Shown in pieces: positions 63,101-64,000 of a stretch of 64,000 nt of DNA (the stretch's first letter is position 1; each line of letters begins with the position of its first letter). This stretch comes from Bugula neritina. Its lineage: Eukaryota; Animalia; Bryozoa. Made by a program: the position numbers and the translations under genes. The notes below the pieces were generated by a model. It was not told the DNA's origin. It was given only the letters and a program-made list of their open reading frames with translations, and searched no databases. The stretch covers positions 16,785,875 to 16,849,874 of the forward strand of contig OZ037768.1 in assembly GCA_964035545.1 (NCBI GenBank). Reading direction: 5' to 3'.

Positions 63101-63955
63101 AAACTGAAAACAACTTTCAGATAATCAGCTTAGTGGCACTAGTTTACAAAAGCAAAACTTTCTAATGACAAAATGTTGTGTGAAAGTTCTAAGCCAAGAA
63201 TAAAAATATCAACACAGGAAATCATACAGGTTTAGAAAATTAAAACTAAAACTAAACATAACTTACTGTATGGTGAAAAAACTTGTTAACAGTATATTGA
63301 AAGTTATTTATAATTTATACTGATGAAAATAGTGAAAAATCAATGATAAAATATTTGCTACAATAGAATTGCTGCTACACTAGAGCACTCTATAGCCTAT
63401 AGTATGGTCTACATTACACTAGAGCACTCTATAGCCTATAGTATGAGCTACACTACACTAGAGCACTCTATAGCATATAGTATAGCTACACTACACTAGA
63501 GCACTCTATAGCATATAGTATAGCTACACTACACTAGAGCACTCTATAGCCTATAGTATGAGCTACACTACACTAGAGCACTCTATAGCATATAGTATGG
63601 TCTACACTACACTAGAGCACTCTATAGCCTATAGTATGGGCTACACTACACTAGAGCACTCTATAGCCTATATTATGGGCTACACTACACTAGAGCACTC
63701 TATAGCCTATAGTATGGGCTACACTACACTAGAGCACTCTATAGCTTATAGTATGGTCTACACTACACTAGAGCACTCTATAGCCTATAGTATGGGCTAC
63801 ATTAGAGCACTCTATAGCCTATAGTATGGGCTACATTAGAGCACTCTATAGCCTATAGTATGGTCTTTACTTGATGCTCATCTCGTCAAAACTGGCCATC
63901 AGAATTTGTCCTTTGAAGGGAACAAATCCACTTAAAAATCTAGCCATTGCCATAC
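54145..63955 (-). CDS. POMGNT1-like GT13 protein with at least two ILEI/FAM3-like stem domains, 5'-partial, degenerate catalytic motifs
   Basis: Exons (minus) 63955-63871, 63022-62896, 60286-60214, 60033-59883, 59502-59396, 58939-58855, 58488-58298, 58131-57980, 57796-57592, 57435-57259, 56894-56762, 56261-56106, 55943-55770, 55629-55498, 54244-54145; all phases consistent. ILEI motifs GSALAKNLKFRDNFVLVG and GSRGFNLVELDP..AEYDTY; GT13 motifs RTEFCAKHQSFADFC, VPILVLGG, LQSLLKQPGL, ASAWNPQGFE, IIPEISR, VYLVGTSSAYY. Confidence 0.87.
56509..56713 (-). mobile_element. tRNA-derived SINE, family A copy 2 (full head)
   Basis: Minus strand GGGAGCAGCCG-TGGTCTAGGGG (A box)...GGTTCGAGTCCC (B box)...TTGGTGATGTTAGGAAAAGCATCCAGTCATAATCGC...GATGGTAACTATAAACTT; colinear with 30676-30880. 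Confidence 0.9.
59097..59241 (+). mobile_element. tRNA-derived SINE, family A copy 3 (decayed, 5'-truncated); further fragments near 61665-61700 and 62038-62100
   Basis: CACGAAGTCATGGTTTCAAAACCCAGCAAAAGCCATTGGTGATGTTAGGAAGAG...TCTCACAGAGATATGGACTATAAACTT aligns to copies 1 and 2. Confidence 0.8.
63375..63865. repeat. 39-bp minisatellite, ~13 copies, containing two internal palindromes
   Basis: Unit CTACACTACACTAGAGCACTCTATAGCCTATAGTATGGG (hairpins TAGAGCACTCTA and CTATAGCCTATAG); intronic in the POMGNT1-like gene. Confidence 0.97.
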
Positions 63956-64000
63956 CTGCAGCATTCGAAGAAATATTAAGAAGAGTCAAGGTCTATGAAT

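Noticed and set aside
63558-63824. YTTLEHSIAYSMG-repeat ORF and CRISPR-like appearance of the array
   Set aside because: Units are contiguous with no unique spacers, the context is a eukaryotic intron and no cas genes are present; the ORF stays open only because the unit is 39 bp.

Overview
AT-rich, intron-rich animal genomic DNA, probably a marine invertebrate/lophotrochozoan (inferred only; the species cannot be determined from sequence). I assembled six spliced protein-coding genes by hand with frame-consistent GT-AG introns: the 3' end of COG5 (+); a divergent, ear-less AP-4 epsilon adaptin (AP4E1-like, -); a 9-finger C2H2 zinc-finger gene (+); the GATOR2 subunit MIOS (+, 20 coding exons); a type-I membrane mucin with PTS repeats, EGF, SEA, EGF and TM segments whose tail resembles vertebrate HEG1 (+, 15 coding exons); and a 5'-partial POMGNT1-like GT13 gene with tandem ILEI/FAM3-like domains and a degenerate active site (-). 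Introns hold a 2.7-kb hAT-type foldback element with an 8-bp TSD, an RTE LINE remnant, two SINE families, several MITEs (one nested pair) and mini/microsatellites. Three observations stand out. (1) The invertebrate HEG1-like receptor keeps [15 protein letters not shown] and a terminal YF. (2) A putative bidirectional promoter sits in the loop of a near-perfect inverted duplication, within a zone of nested palindromes and TAC/TAG low-complexity DNA that recurs in the putative MIOS first intron. (3) The POMGNT1-like protein is probably a pseudo-glycosyltransferase/lectin. All homology statements rest on recalled sequences and need confirmation by search.
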